A DNA stretch of 64,000 nt, taken from NCBI RefSeq assembly GCF_008831285.2, contig NC_045138.2, positions 1,178,001 through 1,242,000 of the forward strand, written 5' to 3'. This stretch comes from Nymphaea colorata. Taxonomy: Eukaryota. The notes beneath the pieces were generated by a model. It was given only the letters and a program-made list of their open reading frames with translations, was not told the origin of the DNA and ran no database searches. The number at the start of each line of letters is the position of its first letter. Within the stretch, counting starts at the first letter, position 1. This document shows, piece after piece, positions 40,881 through 51,857 of this stretch. A program made the translations under genes and the position numbers.

Positions 40881-42061
40881 TCATCCTATTGTCCCCTCCA
40901 AGAAATCGTAACTTAACTTTAGAATGTCAAAGACCTTTTTCTCCATACCTTCGGACTCGCCCGTGCATTTTTTCAGAGCTCTCAAAGTATCCTCCCACAC
41001 CCCGGCATCGTCATTGTTCCTCAGGGCTGCTCCAATTGTGGCGATCGCTATCGGCAGACCAGCACACTCCCTGAGGACCTCCATTGCAATTTTTTCTATA
41101 GGTAGCTGTTTGATCACATTCCCTTTGTTATGAAGGAATAGGGACATTGCATCTTTCCAGCACAAGGCTTCCACCTTGATGTTTCTGCCAGTTTGCATGG
41201 GATCGCATGCATCAAGGGTTCTACTTACGACCACAACTTTGCTTCCATTTGCTGGATCAGGAACACCCAACACACGTATATCGAAGCCTTGGCAGACATT
41301 ATCTAATATCAACAAGTACTTTCCACCATTCATTTTTGTTGAAATAAGTTTTTCTCCTTGGCTTAGATCTGCTCCTTTGGCAGAAAGAGTGCTTTAGGTA
41401 GCAGGCAATCTTCTGTTGCAGGCGTTTATAGTCGGATATTTTCCTACTACGATGTACATGACGAAGTCGAAATCTTTAGCTTTTGTTGTGCACATGCTTC
41501 ACGATACTAGTCTCGCCAACTCCCCCCATTCTGTGGATGCCGATCCTTGATATCCTGGCGTCTTGTATGCTGTCCAAAATTTCCTTAACGAAGCGAGTAG
41601 CAGTATCTTGCCCGTCCAATGGTTCCAGGATGAGTGGCTGTGACCAATCGATTTCTCGAGGCCTTGACACCTGTTCCGCCTCCAAAGGTGCCTTCTTTAT
41701 ATGTGCCGTAGCAATACCAACAGTTGGGCAATTCATGGCAACAGGTGCACGTCCCTTTGGCGTTCGGAAAGCCTTTGAAAATGCACTCTGCTTCATCCTT
41801 TAGCTCCTGAGTCTTCATCTGCCACTCTTCTTCCTCTTGTCGAATATCTCTACCTTTAAGATCTTCATCTCTCACCAAGTTATTGACAAGCACTTCTATC
41901 TTTCTTAGCTCACTGATTTCCCTTCCCAGAGTTTCATAGTTCGTTTCGTGGTTCTTTAGGTAACCTGCATGCCTCCTTGCATGGACGTACGTCCTTTTGA
42001 GCGATGCAAGAAGGCACTCACAGATGGCATCGGCTGGGATGGGGATGCAGCCGCAGGCCAT
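40881..42061 (-). pseudogene. CC-NB-ARC (RPS2/RPS5-like) pseudogene 3, N-terminus retained, no LRR
   Basis: MACGCIPIPADAIC...coiled-coil...CTCCHELPNCWYCY, frameshift, P-loop RMGGVGET, further frameshift and stop, YLLILDNV, GSKVVVVSR, CAGLPIAI, ends KLSYDFLEGTIG*. TATA-like gatatataaaag on the - strand at ~42166-42175. Confidence 0.93.
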
Positions 42062-43536
42062 TCTGATTCTTCTCTTTGGTCCGCCCTTAAACCAGCAAGA
42101 TGGTAGCTGCCATTGCAGGTAATGGGATTTTCAGATGGATACTGGCGAACAAGAGCAAGGCATCCTTTTATATATCAGGGAATTGAACGAGTCCAGATGA
42201 TCGTCCTCATGCCTCTTAGTTAATCCTCTAGCTGGCCAGCGTTGGGACATGGCCTGGAGTAATGCCCATGTCACCATCATTGAAGAGGCTTCCACTAATC
42301 CGTGATGATGTTAAAAGGGTCCATTCATCCTTTATAACAGCTGTTAGAAAGATCTCCTGTCAATAGTTAGAAATTAGAATAGAAGTCAGAAGATTAAAAT
42401 GCCTCTAATTTTTTTTTTTAAAAAAAAAGCTCTACAACTTGTCTAAGTAAAAAGTTGACGTCTATGTGTTAAAGGTCATCCCAAGGAGACAGGTTTGTCT
42501 AAGTAAATATGTAATTCAAATACGCCTTATGTTCAGACTTCCACCGACTCTTCTGAGCCACAATCGGGCAAATGAGTGTTATTTTGTAACGGTGCATAAA
42601 ATAGAAATTCAAACAAAAGGAGGCTGAATGAAAAAGTCAAAACATTAATTTTAGGACTAAATGTGTTCTATCACCAAGCTTAACATTACATTGGATCCCA
42701 GAAACACAATTGATCACGTGATGACATTGGTAGATGATGAATAACGGCATCTGTAAAAATGAAACATTGACATGCCAATAAAAGGCGATGCACTTCTCAA
42801 TACAATTTAGGTGTGGATGTGACAAGATTTTAAGCAGATAAACATATATGCATTATCTTTTACATGCATTATCTTTTTTACAAAAATATGACGTGCTAAA
42901 CAAATGGATAATCATGTTGAGTGTAGGGACAGTGCCCCTTTCAAAAAAAAAGTAAAGATTTTTAATTTTTTTCATTCTTAATCTTCATATTTTTCTTGGT
43001 CTGTCCTAATTCCCTTTAACTTCATGCTTGCAGACATTTGATGAAACTTTTGGACAAGAATCTGCATAGAAACATTGCCGGCTCATAGAAGATATTATAA
43101 TCATCAAGAAAATACTGCTTTTACTGGGAAAATTAAATAGGCTAGTAAAGAAAAAACAACACGCATCAGGTTAATATTTATAAGACTCCAGTCCCCTTGG
43201 ACAGGTCACGGATCAAATCCTATACAAAGATTTTGCTATTTTTATACTGCAGATCTAAATCCCAATGTATCTATGTCTCAATGAGTGGGAGGAAATTCCA
43301 CTAGCGGAGTAAGGGTGCATTGCTTCCAGCCCAAAGGCATATGGAGTATGTGATGCTCATATCATTCACAAGTGATCAGCCCAAAGGCATTGAGGTTAAG
43401 GGCAAATCCAATCCATTTCATGTTCCATATGATGGACCTGATGCCGTCTTCAATGAATAGTTCAATTATATACCTTTAAAATCAATCATCAACTATTTAC
43501 TTTAAGAGGTGTAGTGTAGCTGGACTGGTTAGCGGA

Positions 43537-45534
43537 CTAGTGAAAGTCTAATCATTGGTTTGATTCCTCTGAGTGCTACTGTTAGAGACTGCAAACATAA
43601 TTGTGTTACACTTTAGTTTGTCGAAGCAATCATATACCTCCGGGGAAAGAGGAAAGGGGAAGTTTGTACCTCTTTTCAAATCGACAATCCAATATTCTTT
43701 GATCTCAATATTAGATTCGGATGAGACACTGGCTTCACTTTGCAAACATGCGCATATGACCAGGACAAGCATCCTACTGCTGGTATGTATGCATTCGAAC
43801 CTAAATCAGGATTTAACTTCATCGATAATGAATCAGCTATAAAAAGTATATAATATTTTAACACTAAACTAACTATTGCATTTAGAAAGGATTCAAATCC
43901 AGGTCTGGTTCAGATCTATACCCAGTTAGTAGTTGAGGTCAACAATTGGGTAGGCAGCATCCGGACCCGCTTAGTTATCAGACAAAGCCAGTCCAGGAAA
44001 GAGATAAAGTGGGGACACCGAACGAGGGGGTGATAAAGTCGCATTTAAAAGACCAGTAAGAATGTAAGGAGTACAAGTGGTTATATTGATTCAATGAATA
44101 CTTGTGGACTGATACACATGGCCCCAACAGTCACCCGGTGGACCAAACAAATTAATAAATGCGATCTGCAAAGTGTATTTAATAAAGATTAGGTAAGCTT
44201 TGAGTGGCACTATTTAAATGCATACCAAGGGAGAAACAATAAGGGCACATAAATCATGATGCATCAAACTTGATGGCTTAAAAAAATTATGATTCTGATG
44301 AGAAAAATCATACTAAAGGTAGGTTCTTTCAGCTGAATCTATTTGAGCCACATTGAATCAAGTGTTTCTTTTTTTCTTTATTTTGCCTTGTACTTCGGAG
44401 TGGAAATTCCAGTTGGACTGGACTTGCCACCGCAAGACTCAAATCTAAATTCAAGAGCGACTGGGTGTAACAGATCTGGACCTAGTCCATACGGCACATA
44501 TGAGAAATTATTGATGTCCTTTTCATTGGAAAGTTTCCCCTCAATTTTAGAAATTTGGATCAGAACCCAGATCTTGTATGAATTACTACGAAATTCATAC
44601 CCGGAAGGATATTAGTATATTACTAATAGTTACCTACAGATCTCATCAAAACTGGATCATATTCAATGCCTTGACACCCAACTGACCTGATCGTGAGATG
44701 CGAACATGGATCTTTTCCATGTAATTCATTTTCTAGATTCGACACTTCGGATAGGCACACAATTTTTTTTTTTTAGTTATTTGAGGTAAACAGGGAATAG
44801 TACTTCACCATACTGCCTACCACCCAAGAAGAAAGCCAAAACCCCCGTCCTTCCCCGTCCCTGAAGACTGAAGATACCTCCACCACCTATCATATTTGAC
44901 CTAATAAAATCTTTGTTATCAACACTTCATAAATCATCTAAAGGGGACTCGATTGGAATCTTTACAGATAACCAGCCTAGAAAATCTAAAAAACTAGGCA
45001 AAAAAGAAGACACTATATGAAAATATATATATATTTTTGTGGAATTAACTTTTTTCATACTTTATTTTGATAAAAAAAATTCAGAGACCAATGATACAGT
45101 GCAGAAAGTAGAATAAGCAACAGATGTTAGACTTAATTACGGCTGACTTAAACGAAACCTGGACTTTTTTTTATTATACAAGTTTTTGGACTTGTTAATG
45201 CGTAGTTATACATTGTTGATTTTGGAGTTGGCAATATTGCACATTATATTTGAATTGGGTGAAAATTGATAAGATTTTTGTCAAGCAGAAAAATAAATAT
45301 GATTGTATGTATGCTTAATGCAATCAAGTTCAAACTCGGATGTGTTTAGACAAACAATGGATCCGCTTGTAAAATTGTTTACAACATGAATTAGTGACTA
45401 AATTAATTTGTGCAGCCTTGTGCAGCCTCGTAGCAAACTATGACCGTCAAGTAGATAATCATTCGGCACAATTTCTTGAGTTCTCCAGAGGTTCTGCAAA
45501 GCAATTTTTTCATGTGCTTGCATTGCTCTCGTGC
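43537..45534 (+). repeat. Block Y', direct copy of 7389-9999
   Basis: Colinear match; the paralogous spurious ORFs 8282-8479 and 44343-44615 reflect it. Confidence 0.9.
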
Positions 45535-45872
45535 AGCACAGCAGGATTCTTCTTTTTCTTTTCTTCCAGTTGTACTTAGGGACCCGTCAAAGAAGCCCCG
45601 CCACAAGGAACACTAGCACAGCTGAGAAAAAGTGGTGGGGAGAGAGACGGTTGGGTCCCATATTTTCACTAAGATGCATGCTTGGTGCAGTGGCTGGGGG
45701 CTTGTTGAGAGGCTTGAGTCTAGCTACCAAAGTATGAAATATTGGTCGTATTTTCAGGTTTTAGCATACATATACATATATTAAAGCTGAAATCTGCCGG
45801 CCAGATTTTATAACTCAGTTAGGAGAGCTGAGAGTGCTAATTGTTGAGGACACCGAAGGCACAACAAGTGAT

Positions 45873-46005
45873 ACTCCTCCCCTCTCCTACTAAATTCCTA
45901 AAATTCCTAAGAACCAGTTCCTCTCTTTCTCTCTCTTTTATATTTATGAAGAGGTAGTTTCTTCGGTTTGGAAGTATTGTGAAGGTGTGCATAAATTGGC
46001 AGGTC
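45873..46005 (-). pseudogene. Remnant of F-box promoter/5' UTR with one 49-bp unit
   Basis: ctcctcccctctcctactaaattcc...aagaaccagtt...tatatttatgaagaggtagtttcttcgg matches the hairpin right arms. Confidence 0.8.
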
Positions 46006-46195
46006 CACCGTCATGACATGCATAAGATATCTGATGAGCCAAACCCATATAACTTGATGGAGATATTGTAAGATATACAATTGAATTGAATGCTTATTGA
46101 CTCGTAGAAAGATCAAATATTACTTTTTCGATATATCTGAGTCCAGACACTTGGATAATTGTGGACTTGGTTAAGAATCCAATCGCGATCGATCT

Positions 46196-46749
46196 TCATA
46201 TGTTCTTGAGAAAACTAACTTTTAGGATTCCAGATGGATCCGTCAGTTGCTTGTCTAGCTCCTCTTCTTCCACACCCTTCTCAGTCTGCAACTCCTCCTC
46301 ATCATCTTCATCTTTACTCACTTCCCAATCACCATCCTTCCTGAGTTCCTCGCTCCTCACAGACTTGTCTTCGTAGAAGTGCGTGGTGGTGATTTCTTCC
46401 TTGCCAAGGGAGGAGTATGGAGCTTCTGGGAGCCAATCTTCCTCTTGATGTATTCGTTGTAAATGTCCGGTGTTGGGCTCGAGGTGCCCAAAAATTTGGA
46501 CGCCTCAACACGGACGATGACGATGACATTGGAGACAACAAACAGGAATTTGGGAAAAGGATGTCACCCATCATGTTGGGAAGGGAGGCACACAGGAGAG
46601 ACTTGATGAAGAATCAGAGGGGAGAAAGCCATAGAGGGCTTGAAGCCCACCATGATTGGTGTCACTGCATAGAAGGCGAGCTTGTGGAGATAATTGGTCT
46701 TCTTGTACTTGACCATGGCCCAGAATTTCTCAACTTTTGCGGGTTCCAT
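46196..46749 (-). pseudogene. DUF4408-like plant membrane protein pseudogene (left arm of inverted repeat)
   Basis: MEPAKVEKFWAMVKYKKTNYLHKLAFYAVTPIMVG, 8-nt deletion, TGA shared with the right arm, acidic tail EVSKDEDDEEELQTEKGVEEEELDKQ. TATA ctatataaa on the - strand at ~46917-46926. Family recognised from memory of the motif PKFLFVVSNVIVI..ASK. Confidence 0.65.
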
Positions 46750-47146
46750 AGCTCAAAAGATGTGCAGTAAAAGAGAAAGAGAGGGAGAATGAAAAAAAGA
46801 GAGCTCACAATCCGGATAAAATTTTGGGAGTGGGATTCAAGTTCATTGAATAGGAGAGAAGATAGAGGGAGAGCAGAGGAGGAATTCTATATGAGAAAAT
46901 AAATCAGGTGGGGGAGTTTATATAGCATTGAGGAAGATGGTGGTAGTGGTTTTGCTTCAACTATGCTGCCTTTTAGAGAGAGAGAGAGAGAGAGATTTCT
47001 CATATGAAATTCCTCCTCTGCTCTCTCTCTCTATCTTCTCTCCTATTCAATGAACTTGAATCCCGCTCCCAAAATTTTATCGGGATTGTGAGCTCTCTTT
47101 CTTTCATTCTCCCTCTCTTTCTCTTTTACTGCACATCTCTTGAGCT

Positions 47147-47554
47147 ATGGAACCCGCAAAAGTTGAGAAATTCAGGGCCATGGTCAAGTACAAGAAGACC
47201 AATTATCTCCACAAGCTCGCTTTCTATGCAGTGACACCAATCATGGTGGGCTTATTTTTATCAAGCCCTCTCTGGCTTTCTCCCCTCTGATTCTTCATCA
47301 AGTCTCTCCTGTGTGTCTCCCTTCCCAACATGATGGGTGACATCCTTTGCCCAAAATTCCTGTTTGTTGTCTCCAATGTCATCGTCATCGTCCGAGTTCA
47401 GGCATCCAAATTTTTGGGCACCTCGAGCCCAACGGCGGACATTTACGATGAATATGTCAGGAGGAAGAATGGCTCCCAGAAGCTCCATGCTCCTCCCATG
47501 GCAAGGAAGGAAACCATCACCTCCCACTTCTACGATGACAAGTCAGTGAGGAGC
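47147..47554 (+). pseudogene. DUF4408-like pseudogene fragment (right arm of inverted repeat)
   Basis: MEPAKVEKFRAMVKYKK...GLFLSSPLWLSPL*FFIKSLLCVSLPNMMGDILCPKFLFVVSNVIVIVRVQASKFLG...DIYDEYVRR; single TGA at 47288. Confidence 0.7.
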
Positions 47555-47623
47555 CCAAAAATTTGGCAGCAATTGGTTCTTAAGAATTTGAGGAATTTAG
47601 TAGGAGATGGGAGGAAGACCACC

Positions 47624-47943
47624 ATGGGCAAGATCATGAAGAAGGTTGCCATGAAGAGACCAGTGACTGTTGATGTTCTTCCTGCAGAAGTCATTGTACA
47701 GATCGTAGGATGCGTTGTTTCTTCATCGCCAGCCATGTTGTCGGTTCCTGATCTTGCCAACATGAAGCTCACGTAAATTTTCTATCATCTCCAACATATT
47801 CAACTTTTAAGCACTCTACATGCATTCTTTAAAGGGTTTGATTCAAATGGAGTGGCAGGTGCAAGATGCTGCATGAAGCTGCAAGGGATAGATGGGTGCT
47901 CAGACGAGCCACCATTGTGGATGATTTGTGGTTTTTTTTCTAA
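47624..47943 (+). CDS. Possible F-box-only short ORF (77 aa; exons 47624-47772, 47859-47943), in frame with the upstream DUF4408-like fragment from 47330
   Basis: MGKIMKKVAMKRPVTVDVLPAEVIVQIVGCVVSSSPAMLSVPDLANMKLT|CKMLHEAARDRWVLRRATIVDDLWFFF*. GT-AG intron intact; keeps the F-box LP dipeptide and has CGA where the array copies have TGA. May simply be a pseudogene fragment. Confidence 0.45.
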
Positions 47944-48252
47944 GATTTGGCAGCAACTGAAAACAGAGACAAGTATTAACCTTATCCTCTTGATCTCCAT
48001 TTGATTTCTTAATCTTAAGATGAAAAAGTACGTTGATGAGCCTTCTTAATTTTTTGCTTATGACTAATAAGTTACTTCGGCTAAAACTCATCATTTAACT
48101 TTTTGAAAGCTATTGGTTTGTAAGAATTTTTGTGATGCAAAGTGGGAGACCATGAAATATATCAAGGATTGACCAGAAAACGATCAATTATTTTTGCATT
48201 AATGTCGTTGATAATGAAAACCTGCAAACTGAACCGTCATGCATGGTTCACA

Positions 48253-48637
48253 AAAATGCATCTGTCAGCAATGTTGATGTTAATTTTGATGGTGGCCACT
48301 ATGAGAGTGGTTGTAGTAGAGAGATATAGAAAGAAAGTAGTCATGAATCATGATGGTTTACCTACTTACAAAACATAATAGTTGTTACCAACCAAATATG
48401 ATTATCTTTCCAATCTCTTGGAACAAAAGCAAACTATAGTAATAAAACTAAAAAGAAACAAGCATTTATGTGAACCATCGGAAGACTTCTGTTGCAGGAA
48501 ATTAGTCCGAGGTTTATTCAGCAAACTAGAGGCGCACACTATCACAATGGTCGGTAGGTGGAATGTCTATGCATGCTGCGATGTCCACTACGTAATTCAG
48601 AAAGGAAGGGATAAGGAGTCGTCCTTTATTCATTAGA
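48253..48637 (+). repeat. Block Z', direct copy of 16850-17232
   Basis: Colinear match. Confidence 0.9.
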
Positions 48638-48827
48638 GTTAGAAGAATGTCTGTGGTTGAATGTGTGCTTTGTAATCTTTTTTCTTCACTTAACCCAAAT
48701 TCATTAGTTGATTCCTAGTGCCTTTACTTTCATGTCCTCTTTTACTCTCTGGTGCTTCGCTTGTGGATTAGAAGGGCGAGGCGGATGCATTCGGAAATGA
48801 CATATATAAACATGTTTAGACCACAAT

Positions 48828-49545
48828 TAGCACACACCAGCTTCAGCCCCTGCTTTGAGGAAAATTGTATGTAAAGACTACACATCTATCTCCATCCTTG
48901 TTAATGGATGAAAAAAGAAAAAAGAAACAATATGGTAGTACACAAGATTGGACCTTTGGGTCAGCTTTAATTTTACCATATTGCTTTGCCAAGGCAACAC
49001 CATCATGTAAATTTTAGTCTGCCCACATAGAGGGGAAGACATAGGTTCAAGGAATGGAACTTGCAAAGAAGAAAAGGTGCACTAGCAATACAACTGCATT
49101 CTTGAGACAATAAGTGTAAGGTTGTTTTTTGTTCAGAATTGAAAGTGCATTCTTGAGACCATAAGTGCAGAATTGAAAGTGTAAGGTTGTTTTTGGTTCA
49201 CCGTAGATCTGAGATCCATAGTGATCTGAAAACTCTAATATCTCAAATCCATGGATTTAAGATCGGACACCACCCCCAAATCCGATCTTAAATTCATGGT
49301 TTTTAACATTTAGCATGAATTTGAAATTCATGCTATTAATTAAGATCTTTAGTTTGTTTAAACTGAAGATCTCTCAAAACACGTCTTTTAATTCAACCTG
49401 GGATAAGATACAACCGAAAGAAAAAAAAACAAGATGAAAGATAGAGAGTTGATAGTGAATAAGTTTTGAAGATGAGAGGGATGAAAGAACCACAGAAGAA
49501 GCATTCTTATAAAAGAAGAAGAGAAAGTACAGAAAACGGTATGAG
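48828..49545 (-). repeat. Block X', inverted copy of 6652-7391
   Basis: Reverse-complement match, including the Tourist-like MITE. Confidence 0.9.
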
Positions 49546-50380
49546 CTCTCTCTCTCTCTCTCTCCCTATGTTCCCTGGAATGGTCAAAGCTATTGCACGA
49601 GCCTCTATATATCATTGCAATCTCGTTCACTGCACCCAGGGGGGAAGATGTCTTTATTTTTTAAGATGTATTGCCGCTATTGCTGTATTATTTCTGGGAA
49701 AATGTGAGATTTTGGAAGATAATTGTATCCATAAAAGATGCCATTTGATGTTATTTTAGGATATTGTGGAAGTGACAGTTCATTTTGAATAATAATGTAC
49801 ATAGAAACACACGAACAGAGGATACTTTTAATATATGTGATAATCTGTTTTGTAATAATACAAAACAAATTTAATTCGTAGGTACCATGAATCACCGTAA
49901 ATGAGAGAGGTAAAATCATGGAATGGTCCTTTAAACGGAAAAGGGGTAAAGGAGACATCCTTCAACTCAGACAAAAGAACATATACACATTACATAGTGA
50001 AATTGAAATCAGTCCGCCAACATCTATTGTCAGTTGAGTTATTTTTATATTTTTATATTTCGCGATGTTAAAAACTGTTGCCATTGTTGAATTCTGCAGA
50101 TAAAAATGGTGATCAATATATTACAGTCACAGAATGCTGTGACGGCTTTTTGATTTTAATCATAAATCATAACTAGATTTGCAATTTAAGCGGTCTACCC
50201 TAACCACACTGTTTTTTTTTTTCTCTTTTTGACAACACTGACAAGGAACTCTCTAGAGGATGGGACCGGTGCTTAATTGACTTTTTTTTTTTTTTTGGTT
50301 TGGTTTGAGAGGCTAGGTCACCGACTTGCAGCCTAAAACCAAAGGCTACATTCCACCAAAACTATGGTTAATTTGCTTGT

Positions 50381-50785
50381 TAGGGATGTCAACGAATGAG
50401 ATATATCGGTAATCATATCCACTTTTTCATATATTGATATGTTCTGATTCGAATTCGAATAAAGAAAAGTCATATCTGAATCTGAATCTGAAATTCAATT
50501 TTTCAATCCGAATCTGATCCGAATCCGAATTTTAAACTGGATTTTGCCAAATCTCAAAATTTGATAGCATTAAATACTGGATATTTGTTAAAAAATGAAT
50601 CCAATCCAAATCTGTATGCGAATCTGATCAGTTATTTATGTATATCCGAAACCGATTGGATGTCATTTATTAAGTCTGAATCCGATCCGATATCTTAATG
50701 GGATATTAAACTTTTTTCCATAATCAATGTTTTTGAATCGGATCGGTCGGATATCCGATTCAAATCGGATATATTGACATCCTCA
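50381..50785. mobile_element. hAT-like MITE with ATCCGA/TCGGAT subrepeats; related fragments at ~27322-27690, ~16733 and ~420-573
   Basis: Ends TAGGGATGTCAA...TTGACATCCTCA; no convincing TSD. Confidence 0.65.
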
Positions 50786-51560
50786 TGTGTTGTGTTGTAC
50801 AAAATGCTAACTTGGTCAATGAATCAACCGGTCACCTATTAAGAATGCACGCACAGGCAGACATGTTTTCTTGTGTTCTCTTACCTAACTAAATATATTA
50901 TTGCTGATCTTATTCTTAAAAATCCTCAAACAAGACAGAAGTCATATTTCTAATACAGGTAAATAAGATTTAATCTCTAAAACAACAAATCGACGTATAG
51001 CCTGAACTATTTTGATTTGTAAAATCTAGTTTACGTACAAAGAAGTATGATGCGTTATATGACCAATTGTTAACTTTCAGAAGATAACATGCACAGTTCA
51101 TTTTTTCCATTAAAGAATCAAACTCAATATAGTTTCTTGTGCATGAGGTCCAAACATGGTTGCTCAAAGAATGGTTGTGTTCCTCATTCTTTTTTTGTCC
51201 TTGCCCGTATCTTTATAATCACAAGGTGCTGGTCGGTATTGATATGGATGGATGATTCGCATTTTATGTTCATCTACTACTTATTCGTCCTCCTTTTGGT
51301 CTATAGAAATTGTGGAAAGAGATGACCTCGCTTGGCAGTTCTGCAGGGTTTTTAAAGTATGTAATAATACGTCATATTTGCACGTTGACCATAATTTTAA
51401 GACTACCAATTTCGTAGTTGTGCGGCCTTTGCATTTTTGTTTGGATTAGTTGAGTGAAACCTCACATGCATGCTCTCATTGGAATTGAGCTGCTCTTCTA
51501 TCTACAAGTTGGAACTAAGAATACATTTGGTGACCGACAGTCAAGGATAGATGTTATCCA

Positions 51561-51857
51561 TGTTAGCAAAATTATAGGGATGGATTATCTACAGCTGCCT
51601 ATTCAAGATTTTCTCATGGTTTCCTTATCTCATTGTTCCCTTATCCATCATATTCTGTTACTTGTTTAACACGAGAATCCTCTGTGATTCTCTTGACTAA
51701 ATCGGTCTGGTTGTATTCTATATATTGAAAGTTCATCTTCTCTCAAATTATCAGAGAATGAATAAAGTGAGAGCTCCCCTTCCCATGGATGTAGGCATCA
51801 AAATGCCGAACCACGTACATTCTTGATTTTTCCTTTTTCCTATTTCATATTTTAACA
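51561..51857 (+). mobile_element. Solo LTR (297 bp)
   Basis: TGTTA...TAACA termini; perfect 5-bp TSD ATCCA (51556-51560, 51858-51862); internal ctatatat and a U5-like ccatggatgtaggc...gccgaaccacgta motif. Confidence 0.8.

Noticed and set aside
40881..42061. Functional NLR resistance gene
   Set aside because: Frameshifts, an internal stop, P-loop K>E, and no MHD motif or LRR.
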